Shown in pieces: positions 1-16,271 of a DNA stretch of 64,000 bases. The position numbers were made by a program, and so were the translations under genes. Each line of letters opens with the position of its first letter. Positions within the stretch are counted from its first letter, which is position 1. The DNA lies in NCBI RefSeq assembly GCF_009914755.1, contig NC_060935.1, one strand, 5' to 3'. The notes under the pieces are model-generated. The model did not search any database. It was given only the letters and a program-made list of their open reading frames with translations, and was not told the DNA's origin. The stretch is from the human T2T-CHM13v2.0 reference genome, Homo sapiens.

Positions 1-1650
1 AGGGTCCCTCCATGATCCAATAGATTTGTGCAGACTCTCACTGGCAGCAGCTCCCTGTTGGCTCCACTTCAAAGCAGGGGCGGCCGGGCACCTCCAGGTG
101 TCAGAAGCAGCTGGCACGTTAGCAGAAGGCCTCTGGCAGGAAGGGGTGTTGAGCCAACTGCCAGCAACTGGAAAACAGCACATGGGGATGACCTCGTCTC
201 CAAGAAGATTCTTTCCCGAGCCCTCTGGGAGTGGCAATGAGCTTGAGTTCAGAAGGAAGGAGCTGTCTGTGGGGATAGAAGGGTTGCAGGCAAAGGCAAA
301 GAGGCAAAGACAGACCAGGAGCTTCCTGCTTGCCTTTTCCCATAGTTCTGCTGAGATTCCAAAGCAAGATGCAGATGCCCACAGCCAGAAAGATCCCATA
401 GGTGGGTTAAAGACACAGATGCCTAGAACTTTCATGGTCTCAGCATTCATTTGGAGACAGACAGCACAGCATATGATGTGATTAAAAGCACCTTTCAGTA
501 AGTCTTCTGCAGCCATAGACCTCTGAACATCAAACTGTCCCCCCACTAGATTTAACACTAACAGGAGGAGCTGTTAGTTCTGTCCACCCTTGGGACAACA
601 CTGTCAGAGCTGGAAGAAGCCCTTTGGGAAGTATGAGCCTTCAAACTTCTGCTTGAACATTTCTGGCAATACACATCTCATTCCTTTACAAATCAGCCAC
701 AATCCTAGAACTAAGCAGCTTGAAAATGTCTCTAGAGCCAAACTCTAGATCCCCGTGGCATCTCCCCAAGAGGCAGTCCTTTGAGAGTTGGGTCTCAGCC
801 TTCACTTCCTCCCTAGTCTTCACTTCTAAGCAAAAGATCTAAATGCAGCCATTTATCCAGTATCCTGGTTTTTAGACTGTCCATCAGCCTGACCCTCTTC
901 TCCAGGACTCTAGTTTACTCCCCTTAAACGGACTGTCCAGACCTGAAGGTAGTAGTATTTGAATGACAGCTCTTTTGCTCCTAGCTTGTAACCTTCGCCA
1001 AGTTTCTTAATCCCTCTGAATGTCTGCATTCTCCATAAAGATTGTAAGTATCTTTATGAGAGGGATTAAGAAACTGCTCCAGGTGCCACCTGGCCAGAGG
1101 AAAAGGGGACCGTGGCTTCTCTCACTCATTTGTTCATGCATTTCTTCATTCAACAGACGTTGACTGAGTGCCTACTATGTGCCAGACACCATACCAGAGT
1201 CAAGCCACAAGCAGGGAGACAGAGGTGTCACTTGGTAGATCTTATGTTCCCAGGACAAAGACAACAGTGTGAGGAGGTTTCCGAGAACTGCAGAAGCCAG
1301 TAGCAGGGGGGCCTATTCTAGGCTGGGTTAGAAAAGGTGCTTTCCTCTTTCATCTTCCCCAAGAGATGCTGTGGAGGCTTCAGCCTGAAGAATATGGAGA
1401 TATCCGGTAGGTGAGGAGGAGGCATGGAGGGCAGGGAGCATCATGGGTAGAAGGGACAGGGAGCATTATGGCTAGAGGGACAGACTTGTCTGGAGGGCAT
1501 GAGTAAGGACAGCTTCAGGGAGGATGGAAGGACTAGTGTGGCCAGAATGCAGTGGGGGAGTCGAGGGAGGCAGGGGGCAGATGGAGCGGGCTCACAGGCC
1601 AGATCCAAATGGGGGAACGTGTCCTAAGGGCAATGGGAAGACTGTGAAGG

Positions 1651-5004
<3,354 letters not shown>

Positions 5005-5943
5005 AAAAACAACTGAAAAAAGAAAGAAAGAAAGATAAAGCCAGAAGGACCTGATCAGAAACAGATTGGGGGCCCGCCCCACCCCATCTGATAGCTTGGC
5101 GCCTGCCTGGCATGTGATGGAGCCCAGCAAACGCTCGTTTCCTTCTCTTCTTGTCCTGGCTCAGATGAGGTGCTGAGCAGAGGATGAACATAGCCTTGGT
5201 CGGATCCCTTTATGAGTCAGATGGTTTTCTTCCTGTGAGGTGGGTCCTCAGTGGGAGGGACTAGAGACAGGAAAACCGTTGGGTGGGCAACCTGTGAACA
5301 TGGATGCAAGGAGGAGCAGGGCGGCAGCACAAGATGAGTGTGGGTTTTGACCCTCACAAGTGCAGATTCCCCAATAGCTCTTTGCCCTCTCCCCTTGTCT
5401 GCCATCTGTGCCCCAGGGTGGCGGTGTCTGTCGCTGTTCTGGCCCTTTGGTAGCTTATTAAATCTCAGTACCACTTGCCAAGACCCTTTAAACCCCTTAG
5501 CTGTTCTTTTTGCCTTTTCTGATCAGCTGTATTTATTCTGAACTAAATGGTCCTCACGGCAGAATGAAAGGATTTACTGCTTAAGTATATGAAAAGAAAC
5601 CTTGGCTGCATTACAGTTGCACCCTCTCCTCGCCACCCCCTGCCCATGCTCCATCCGCTAGCTGGTGCCACTGAGACTGAACCGGGAGCCCGCTCTGGGT
5701 ACAGTGTGGTCAGTTCAGTTTGGTGGCAGAGTCCAATTGATGGAGCAGTGAGGTGACTGGGAGGAGCTTGCTTTTGGGAGCCCTCTCCTAAATGTCCTGC
5801 TGCCCCAGGGGAGACTGGCGGCCCAGGAACAGCTCTCTCTCTCCCTCTCCCCCGCACTTTTCCCTTCCTCCCTCTCCCTCTCTCCCTCCCCTCCTTAAAC
5901 CTCTCCCCCATTCTCTCTCTCAGATTCTCTCTTTCCCCTTCAG

Positions 5944-6029
5944 GATTGTGCTCATGGACGATGCCATGGACTGCTTGATGTCTTTTTCAGATTTCCTCTT
6001 TGCCTTCCAGATCCAGTTTTACTACTCAG
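5944..6029 (+). CDS. CSTPP1: CSTPP1 (C11orf49) internal coding exon, (R)IVLMDDAMDCLMSFSDFLFAFQIQFYYS(E)
   Basis: Long pyrimidine tract + cag acceptor at 5941-5943; donor CAG|gtgagt at 6030; phase joins the next exon (TCA G|AA). Confidence 0.9.
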
Positions 6030-7790
6030 GTGAGTGTTCCGGGGCTCCATCTGGCTCCGCACAGGACCCTGTCTCCCTGTCCTGCCCTGCTGCCCTGCCC
6101 ATCTGTGTGCCTGGCACACACGTTTCTCTTCCCCACTTCCTTTGGGGGTGTGCTTCACTGCGGGTCGCTAACAGGATGTCTAGTGTTCAGTGGTGGTCAC
6201 AAGATTCAGTCTGCAGAGCCGACTTCCTCAGCCTCCTGAAGACACTGAACACCGCAGTGTTTTCAGTCAGCAACGCAACAAATCAGTTTAAGTGATAATG
6301 ACAATAACAACATCCATAGCATCCACAGCATTCACTGCTTACTGAAAACTTACTATGTCCCAGGCACAGCACTGACTTTAATCTTGACAACAGCCTTGAG
6401 AGAGAGTCCTTTCAGAGACAAGCTCACAGAAGTAGTAGCCAGTCATGCAGCTCATAAGTGGTGGAGACCAGACCTGAAGGCTGACTCCAAAGCCAGCGTT
6501 CCCAACCTCGCTGCTATTTTACTGCCTTCAAGGGTCTCTCCCTTGGCAACTGATCGTGCGTTTGGGTGCACATTCTCCTCCACCCCACAGCTTTAAAAAA
6601 GCATACACCAGTCCTTTGTCACACTCCCACTCTGCTCCCCAATTCACCCAGCTGCACCCTTAAGTCTCTCTGGAATCAGATGGAATAAATATAGACAAAT
6701 AAATATAAATATACACCAGCTCACGCACAGAGACATCAAATGGAGTGCCGGGTTTACAAATTGCTGACTGTGTTCATAAACAAACTTGCTTAAAACAGGC
6801 TCTTCCAGTAAATAGAAGGCTGTCCTTAGATCCTAGAGGTGGCCTTCCTGCCAACTGGTGTCCCCAGCCAGCCCTGGCCTCATTTGGGCGCCACATTCTG
6901 TTTACTTGATGGCAGCCCAAGGGCTGTACAGTTAGGGGCTGGAGCCTGGGGTCTCGCCACCTGCTCTTAGCAGCACCAGTCATTTCCCATTTCTCTGAAG
7001 CTCTTGGGCCCTAGAGAAGGAGCAGCCATGTCTGGGAGAACATTTTTCCCTCACTGTCTCCCCAGCCCTCTTCTCACAGCACCCCCAGAGGGATGGGACA
7101 GCCACCACATTGGGCTGGGAGCATTACTGACACTGCCCAGCGGTGTGTGTAGAGACGAGATGGGCCATAAGTCAGCAGTTCTAACAATGGCTCAACTACG
7201 AAATTTGAAAACCATTTCAAATGACTGACTCATCAGCAGCTTTCAGGCTTTCTCTGTTCCTCGCTGGTATTCCAACACGCTTTCTTGAGGTAGAGAGGCA
7301 GGTGGCCACACACCATGGGGCTTACCAGTGGGAGCATACTCATGTTCACTCCTCCAAAAAATATTTATGGCCTTAATATGTGCCAAGCACAGTGCTAGGC
7401 AGGAGAGGCCAACAAGGCATGACCCCGCCTTTGTGCATTCCAGCAAGGAGACAGATTAGACAATTAATGACACAGAAAGCTCCTCACTGGCTAAGTGCCA
7501 GAAAAAAAAAAGCCTATGGTGCTATGAAAGTGTGCAATGGCAGGTCTCACCTGGTCCAGGAACAACTGAGCCAAGGATGGGACATTTGAGCAAAAACACA
7601 GATTAGTGTCATCTCTCATCAATGTGTTGTCAAACAAGGTTGAGAACTTCTGCTCTCAGGACACCATGCCCTGAGCACTGAGGCTGGTGTGGAACTGGGC
7701 TGACAGAGAAGGGAAGACATAGTGAACAGACAAAACATGTCCTCCCTGCCTGAGCCGTCCACACCCACACCCCCACCCCCACGGTTCCAG

Positions 7791-7986
7791 AATTCCTGGA
7801 CAGTGTGGCTGCCATCTATGAGGACCTGCTGTCAGGCAAGAACCCCAACACAGTGATTGTGCCGACGTCGTCCAGTGGGCAGCACCGCCAACGACCTGCC
7901 TTGGGCGGGGCCGGCACGCTGGAGGGCGTGGAGGCGTCGCTGTTCTACCAGTGTCTGGAAAACCTGTGTGATCGGCACAAGTACAG
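7791..7986 (+). CDS. CSTPP1: CSTPP1 coding exon, (E)FLDSVAAIYEDLLSGKNPNTVIVPTSSSGQHRQRPALGGAGTLEGVEASLFYQCLENLCDRHKY(S)
   Basis: ttccag| acceptor, AG|gtgagg donor; open frame consistent with both flanking exons. Confidence 0.92.
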
Positions 7987-8580
7987 GTGAGGAACGGGCA
8001 TGCAGCCCCCAGCCCCCCAGCCCCAGGGGGTCGGACTGCTGGCTGCGGAACAGAGCTCCGCAGGATGTTCTGCGCGGCCCAGGCATTCTAGGGCCCTTGC
8101 TGGTCATAATGTAACAGTGCCATTTGCCCCCAAACCAGTTGTTGACTGAAAGGCTCTCAATTAGCTCACTTCAAAAGGACTGCTTTCACTCAGGCAAGAC
8201 CACTGTAGTTGACCAATTTACTGGGTGACAGACTGGCCTTAACATTTTAGAGAGAAGGAAAGAGTACTCCTTGTATAAAACTTTTCTACACAAAGAGAGG
8301 GGTAAGCTGTCCTGTGTGGCACAAGTACCCTTAGGGACTGAGCAACAGGTTTGGTTTCCTGTAGCCATTTCCCACCCCCACTCCCCACCCCGGTGAAAGC
8401 ACCAGTTAGTGAACATGCCAGCCCCTCCTGACCATAGTGAAGGCCTGATCCCCCAGGGCCTTGGGGCTCCCAAGGCAGGTCCCTGGCTTGGCTGTGGGTA
8501 TCCTCATGAACCTGAAAGTATGGATGCAGAGGTGGCCCTGAGGCTGGCTAGGCTCTGAATGTGGCATCTCTCCTTCTTAG

Positions 8581-8690
8581 CTGCCCACCCCCAGCACTTG
8601 TCAAAGAGGCCCTCAGCAATGTTCAGAGACTGACCTTCTATGGATTCCTCATGGCTCTCTCAAAGCACCGTGGAATCAACCAAGCCCTCG
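8581..8690 (+). CDS. CSTPP1: CSTPP1 coding exon, (S)CPPPALVKEALSNVQRLTFYGFLMALSKHRGINQAL(G)
   Basis: ctccttcttag| acceptor, G|gtaagt donor; phase-compatible. Confidence 0.92.
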
Positions 8691-9902
8691 GTAAGTCAGA
8701 GCTAAGCAGCCGTCAGCCTCTCCTGCCGCACAACACAGGGAGCAGCTGGCCTCTGTTAGCAACACGGCTCCAGAGGGGAAGGGGCATCACCATCTCTGCC
8801 TTGACTTCCCAGGGCCGGACTCAATCCCAGGGAGCAGGAATATGGCGACAAAACATGGCTCTTACACATTCCCATGGTAGGGGACAGCCCTCCCTGCCTG
8901 CAGCCCTGCCCCAACATGAAACCACCTCCCCATAGCAGAAGCGCCCAGCCCCTCCTCAGAGAACCCCAGCTCTGCTTTGGGGAGCAGCCTGCACGTCGGG
9001 CAGACACAGGACTATTTACTCAGTGACGCTAGAGATTATATATCAAAGAGACCTGAATCCCATTTATAAACAAGGCAAAGGTGTGTCTGCGGAGACCTTT
9101 TTTCCAAGCTGAAAAAAAAAAATCTGATTAATCTGAAAGGGAGAAAAACAAAAGTAGGGGAAGTCTGCAGTGGCCCAGTTTTTCCTGCCTGCTGTTTTTT
9201 TTCACTGAGCCTTCTCCACCCACCCCACTGTTCCTCCTCCCACAGCCACTGCTCTCCTAAGAGAAGAGCCAGTAAGCCTCCATTCTACTACAGTTTAAGG
9301 TTTTTTGTTTTTTGTTTTATTTTGGGACAGAGTCTCGCTCTGTTGCCCAGGCTGGAGTGCTGTGTACAATCTCAGCTCACTGCAGCCTCGACCTCCCGGG
9401 CTCAAGTGATGCTCTCACCTCAGCCTCCCTAGTAGCTGGGACTACAGGCATGCGCCACCATCCTGGAAAATTTTTGTGTTTTTTGTACAGACTGGGTTTC
9501 ACCATGTTGCCCAGGCTGGTTTCAAACTCCTGGGCTCAAGGGATCCCCTCACCTTGCTCTCCCAAAGTACTGGGATTACAGTTGTGAGCCACTACGCCCA
9601 GCAAGGAGTTCTTTTTTGTGTCTCGAGAGATCCTCCTGCTGTGCTTGGGATCCCAGGTGCCTGAGTCTCAAGGAAAAGACACACAGCATCCCCCTTCCTT
9701 TTGCCAGTTGAGGGAATGGGATTAAGGGAAGGAAAGTTAACATTCACTAAATGCCAACCACAGCAGGCTAAGTACTGTGCTGGATGCTTTATATTTTTTA
9801 TCTTACACAATATACAGTTAGCCAGGGATGCTCTGGGATACACAAGCACAAACCCCAGCAGGCTGAACTGCATGCCACCCACAGCCTGGTTATTCTGAGT
9901 CA

Positions 9903-10407
<505 letters not shown>

Positions 10408-10609
10408 CTAGGAAGGAGAAGCCAATTAGCAACTGGGTCACAGCCTGAAGTAACCTCATCCCCCTTTTCTAAGGGCCTTTAAAAAGGACACTGGCTGGGT
10501 GTGGTGGCTCACGCCTGTAATCCCAACACTTTGGGAGGCCGAGGCGGCGGATCACCTGAGGTCAGGAGTTCGAGACCAGCCTGGCCAACATGGAGAAACC
10601 CCGTCTCTA

Positions 10610-10834
<225 letters not shown>

Positions 10835-11894
10835 CTAAAGCAAGAGGATTGCTTGAGCCCAGGAGTTAATGACCAGCCTGGGCAATATAGGGAGAACCCC
10901 GTCTCTTTAGAAAAAAAACAAAAATTAGCTGGGTGTGGTGGCATGTACCATTGGTCTCAGCTACGCAGGAGGCTGAGGTGGGAAGATCGCTTGGGCATGG
11001 GAGGTCGAGGCTGCAGTGAGCCATGATCACTGCACTCCAGCCTGGGTGACAAAGCAAAACTCTGTCTCAAAAAAAAAAAAAAAAAAAAGTCACTCTCATT
11101 CAACCACTTTTACTGCACACTAACATTGGGTGGTTGGATGGAATGGGAGACAGAAAGAAGCATGTGGTCTCAGGCCTCACCTGCATCTCCAGCGTATGAA
11201 ATAGAAATCCGGAGATACACTGGTTGACGCGTCACGGAGGTCAGCCCTGTTCCCTTAGTCCCCAGGGCACCCCACAAATGAGAGGGTTCTATGAGATGTA
11301 CTTTGAAAACCACTAACTTAGGGCAAGAGGGGCCAGGAGGCATCATCTGAAAAAGATTTGGAAAAAGGGGAAATCTGCCTGTGCCGGGTTAATTCTGGCC
11401 CTGACCCAGCCTTCTCCTCTTGCCCCTGGGATCCTCCTTGGAGAAGCAGAGGCAGCATTTTTTTTTTAACCATCTGTCTCCAAAGTGGGGTCATCCTGAT
11501 TTAGGGACACAAAATTAGGTAATGTCTGACCTTTGGGCTTAGCCTGGACCATATCCTTTTCAGCCCAGTACCTGAGGCCTCAAGGAAGAACTCAACTCCC
11601 AGCACCAGGTCACAACCACCACCTGGTGTTGGAAGGGGATCACCACACTCCTTGGCTGTGGTGTCTGCCCCAGGCAGGGAAAGTAGGCAGTGGGATTCAA
11701 TAAATGTATCAAGCAACAGCGAGCACCTTCCTGCTCCGTGACTGTTCTTGGCCCCTCTAGCAGTCCTCAGATCTTTAGATCGGCCCTCGCAGGGTCAGCA
11801 GAACAGGCAGCCGTGAAGGTGAGGGGCATGGAGGAATCTGTTGCCTGGCTGAAGGGCCCTCAGATTAACTACTGTGCCCCCAATGATCTCCTAG

Positions 11895-11958
11895 GAGCTT
11901 TGCCTGACAAGGGGGATCTGATGCACGACCCAGCAATGGATGAAGAGCTGGAACGGCT
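11895..11958 (+). CDS. CSTPP1: CSTPP1 coding exon, (G)ALPDKGDLMHDPAMDEELER(L)
   Basis: ctcctag| acceptor, CT|gtaagt donor; phase-compatible. Confidence 0.9.
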
Positions 11959-12231
11959 GTAAGTGTCAAGTGGGAGGATACTGCCCCCTTGTGGGGGCCA
12001 GACGGGTCGGACACGGCTGTGCCCCATCTGGGGCCAACACCACTTGTCTGTAACATCCCACATCTGCCAGGGAAGGGTCTGGGGGCCAGTGGAGGCCTGA
12101 GGTGTCCCTCCCTCTGAGTCCTTTGGGGGCTGCAGCCCAGGGGTTTACCCTAGTGTTAAGAGTGGGCATGGAGGCCCTGCTCTCTGTACAGGAGGCCTCT
12201 CGCTGCCCTCCAGGCTTCTTCCCTTCTTCAG

Positions 12232-12406
12232 GCTGGCCCAGGTCCCAGGCCTGGTCAACTCGGTCACAGCCAGTCCAGAGGCCAGTTGCCTGCCTTCCCG
12301 GACCCCTCCCCGGGTTGGCTCTCCCTGGAGACCTCTCCATCATTCCCGAAAAGTGGATGGAGAGAGTGATGGCTCCACTGAAGAGACAGACGAGTCGGAG
12401 ACTTGA
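12232..12406 (+). CDS. CSTPP1: CSTPP1 proximal last coding exon, (L)LAQVPGLVNSVTASPEASCLPSRTPPRVGSPWRPLHHSRKVDGESDGSTEETDESET*
   Basis: cccttcttcag| acceptor; TGA at 12404-12406; acidic C-terminus matches my recollection of C11orf49; AATAAA downstream at 12990. Confidence 0.9.
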
Positions 12407-12989
12407 GGAGTCCAAAGGGTCCTGCCCACAGCGCCCTGTACCTGCTCCCACCCAGCCCTTGGTGTGCCCACCCAGCCTCCTCTCCAGCACCTTGCTGTGC
12501 TGCCCTCTGCTGCTGACAAGGTGAATAACAGCCCCAAGACCAGCCAGAGGGGCTCTGATGATCAGCCCAGCCAGTGGCCCCGGAAGGTGAATGGCCTGCT
12601 CTCCCTGGCCCTATCAGCCTGTGAACTTCACTTAGGCCCCAAGCTGACAGACTGTGCTGAGGCCACCTTGTCACGCCGTAGCCTGTTAGTCCTCCTAACC
12701 TCTTAAGAGCAGTCTCTTCTGAGCCAGCCTCTGCGGGTCCCCCAATAAGGTTCATCTCCTCACAGCAACTCCATTAAGGGGGAGAACCCGAATAGCCACG
12801 CAGGGCCTTGCACCATCAAGGGTGACACCTGCGACGCAAGTACCAGGAGGACATAACCGCTGTGGCCTGTTGGAGAACAGCCAGTAGCCTTGGTAATATG
12901 AAGGGTGGGCCAGAAGATGATTTCACTTGCAAAAACTGCTTCAAGTCTTGACCCCTTTGTGTCTAATAGCTAAACAAACATGTGAAACG

Positions 12990-12995
12990 AATAAA
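12990..12995 (+). terminator. CSTPP1: Poly(A) signal AATAAA for the CSTPP1 proximal 3' UTR
   Basis: Canonical hexamer ~585 nt after the stop codon. Confidence 0.75.
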
Positions 12996-13746
12996 AAGTC
13001 CCTCATGTCTGGTAACTGGTGAGTCTAAAGCTCCTAGGCTGAGGGGAGAAGGGAGAGGGGGAGTTTGGGTTTTCGGTGCTTTTCTGGTAGGACTAGGAGG
13101 TAGGCCAGTGGCCCACTCAGACCTGGGGACCTGCCTCAGACAACGAGCAGAGGGGCCTAGCTTCGCACAAGAGCAACCTTCCAGAGGAAAAGTGCTCACA
13201 GCTGGAACGGCCTTCAGGAAACAGGTTCAGAGGGTTCAAGGCCAGGTTCCCATAACTTTAAAGACCGTGGCCATAAAGGGTTAATACTGCACAGCCTTCC
13301 AGCCAGGGTTTCAGTCAACATTTGCCAAGCACCGGCTTGGGGTTAGAACAGTGGGATGCAGCTGTGAAAGACAGACAGACACAGCCTGGGGCAGACACAT
13401 CCCAGCCAAGACTGGAGGCAGGTAAGGACGAGTGTCTTCAACTTCTTTGGATTGAGGGCTGAAGGGGCGGGGTCCCCCAGAAAGCAAAACCCACCCAGAA
13501 GCCCAAGCAGAACAGGACTGCCTCCTCTGAAGGTGGATGTCACCACTACTAGGCATACACATTTCCTTGGGCTCATCCCTACCCAGAACGGATCATTACA
13601 GGAACTGCCTCCCAAACCCCTGCAGAGCTGAGGCCAAGACTAGGCATTCCAGCCCCGAAGCTGCTCCAGGATGCAGTGGCTCATTGCCTGTAATCCCAGC
13701 ACTTTGGGAGGCCAAGGTGGGCCAACTGCTTGAGCCCAGGAGTTCA

Positions 13747-14076
<330 letters not shown>

Positions 14077-14861
14077 TTACCAAGCTCCAGAGAGTCTAAC
14101 TCTATCAACTTGGGATGGAGTCCAGAAATTCCAGATGATCCCAAAGCTGAATGAGTCCCAAACCTACACTCTGCAAATCCCTGGCTTATAGCCCCCTGGC
14201 TCCCTCTGCCCATCCTTTCTAATCATCCACTTCCCAGACCAGTGGTCTGTAACTACCGTGAGGACTCCTAAGGTGGCACAGAGATGTTTCAGAAGCCCCC
14301 AAGAGAAAGGGGTGGCCAAGCTAAGGATTTACACACAAACACACACCTTTTCTTCCCTAAATTTAAAGGGTCCCATTAACGTCTAAGAGTATGTGTGTGT
14401 ATGTATATATATGTAATTTTTTCTTTTTTGAGACAGGGTCTCACTTTATCACCCAAGCTGGGGTGCAGTGGCGCGATCTAGTCTCACTGCAACCTCTGCC
14501 TCCCGGGTTCAAGTGACTTCTGCTTCAGCCTCCTGAGTAGCTAGGATTACAGGCATGCACCACACCGCCCCCACCCCGCTAATTTTGTATTTTTAGTAGA
14601 AATGGGGTCTCACCATGTTGGCCAGGCTGGTTTCAAACTCCTAGCCTCAAGTGATCCACCCGCCTCAGCCTCCCGAAGTGCTGGGATGACAGCCATGAGC
14701 CACTGTACCCGGCGTTAAATATTTCTTGAACTCCACTGAAACCCATCCCCAGTCAAGCCTACTGCCGTGACAAGGGGCAGGACTGCTGAGGTTGCTCGCT
14801 CGCCCTCAGCCAGCGAGTTAAAGGGCCAACTAATGCCAGCTCTTTCCTCTGCGTGCCACAG

Positions 14862-15021
14862 GGTGGTGAGGTCGAAGCTGCACCGGACCTCACGGCAGCA
14901 CAGAGCCAAGGAGCCAGGGGCCTTTGGCTTTCAGAGAAGAGAGAAGCAGGAGGCCCTGGAGAGAGTGTCCTCAGCTTCGGTACCGACGCCCTACCATTAC
15001 CGGTGGGAGCCCAGAGAGTGA
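14862..15021 (+). CDS. CSTPP1: Candidate alternative distal last exon of CSTPP1, (L)VVRSKLHRTSRQHRAKEPGAFGFQRREKQEALERVSSASVPTPYHYRWEPRE*
   Basis: Branch-like CTAAT (~14830-14834), pyrimidine tract, cacag| acceptor; in phase with the donor at 11958; AATACA variant PAS at 15132-15137. Confidence 0.65.
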
Positions 15022-15107
15022 GGCCAGGGGCCGGCACTGGGCAGGGAGGCAGGATCCAGAGGACACTGCTTCACTCAGACCAACAGGGAGCCAGGCCCTG
15101 CAGGGGC

Positions 15108-15113
15108 TTTATT
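15108..15113 (-). terminator. ARFGAP2: ARFGAP2 poly(A) signal AATAAA (TTTATT on +)
   Basis: Canonical hexamer ~1.14 kb downstream of the ARFGAP2 stop codon. Confidence 0.8.
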
Positions 15114-16250
15114 TTGACACCACTTTGTTTCAATACAAACAGTCCAGAAAGAAAGTCAAGTCCCTCTGGGGGAGGGGCAAGGGGAAGAGTGGTCTGTGTT
15201 GCTTGGGAGCCCAACCTACAACCCAAAGGTGGGGGCTGGGCTGAGACTGCCGGTGCGGCAGGGGAAGATGGCACCAAGAATGACAGTGCTTGGCTCAGCT
15301 GCCAGAGGGTGAGGCCCACAGCTCTCACTGGCGGGTGCTGTCCAGGCCAAGCCCAGAATGATGCAGAGGAAGGAGCTCAGCCCCAGGAGCCTGCCTCTGC
15401 CTCTCACATCCTCTGCTTCCCTGGCCAGCATCAAGCTCACAGCATCCAGAGTCGAATCACAGCAGACAAGACCCTCCATGGCCACCAACCCGGGGAAGAA
15501 GGGATAAAGAATGTCACAGAGGGTCCTGCATTCCACAGCAGATGGTACAGAGGGACCCTGAGACACCCTGAAACAATCTTCCAAGTGCTTACTGTAGAAA
15601 GGGGTGGTGAGACGGGAGAACCCAAGGGTCTCCGGTCTGATCCCAAATGAAACCTTTAGGTACCAGGTAAAGTTTCCAGCCCTTGGTAACGCCCAGACAA
15701 AGGTCCTTCCCCTCTCCTGGCACCCAGAAGAGGCCACTGGCAGCAGCAGCAGCAGCAAGTCCGCAGCCTCTTTCCCCATGGGACGGGTCTACAGTGAACT
15801 CCTTCCAGGCCTCCCCCTGGTTCCAGAGGATGGGGACCCAAGGCCTCGAACTAGAAGAACCCTAGAGCCAGCAAAAAAAGCCTTCTACCTTCCGCTTTCC
15901 CTACCTGGGGAAAGTCTGGACCCAGAATAAGCCATCGTGGGGGAACCCCCTTTCCCAGTATGGCAGGATAAGTGAGCAGCAGCTGTGGGGGCAGGACAGA
16001 AGGACAAGAGTCTAACACACGGAGGGTGGTGTGAGAGGGAATAAAGGGCTCAGTCCACAGGCAGAGGACAAGGGCTGGTACTGACCATTCCCCTCACAGG
16101 AGTGAGCGCCTCAAAGGCCACCCCACACACACACCACACATACGAAGTAACAAATCCTCCCCAGCTTCCACAAGGCAAAGCATCCCCAGCCTGGGAACTG
16201 TGGAGTTCTTGTTGCCGTCACCATCGTAAGCCTGAGTCACAGAGCTCGGA

Positions 16251-16271
16251 TCAGTAGGAACCGTAGCGATC
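16251..16271 (-). CDS. ARFGAP2: ARFGAP2 exon 16 coding part, DRYGSY*; 3' UTR continues to ~15090
   Basis: U-rich tract + ccag| acceptor; TGA; summed CDS = 1566 nt (521 aa). Confidence 0.95.
   Translation of the reverse strand, partial: DRYGSY

Noticed and set aside
15741-15758. (CAG)5 / CUG run in the ARFGAP2 3' UTR
   Set aside because: Too short to be notable.
14853-15779. 265-aa and 187-aa ORFs
   Set aside because: They overlap the ARFGAP2 3' UTR, lack a credible start or domain, and are a different frame from the spliceable CSTPP1 exon.
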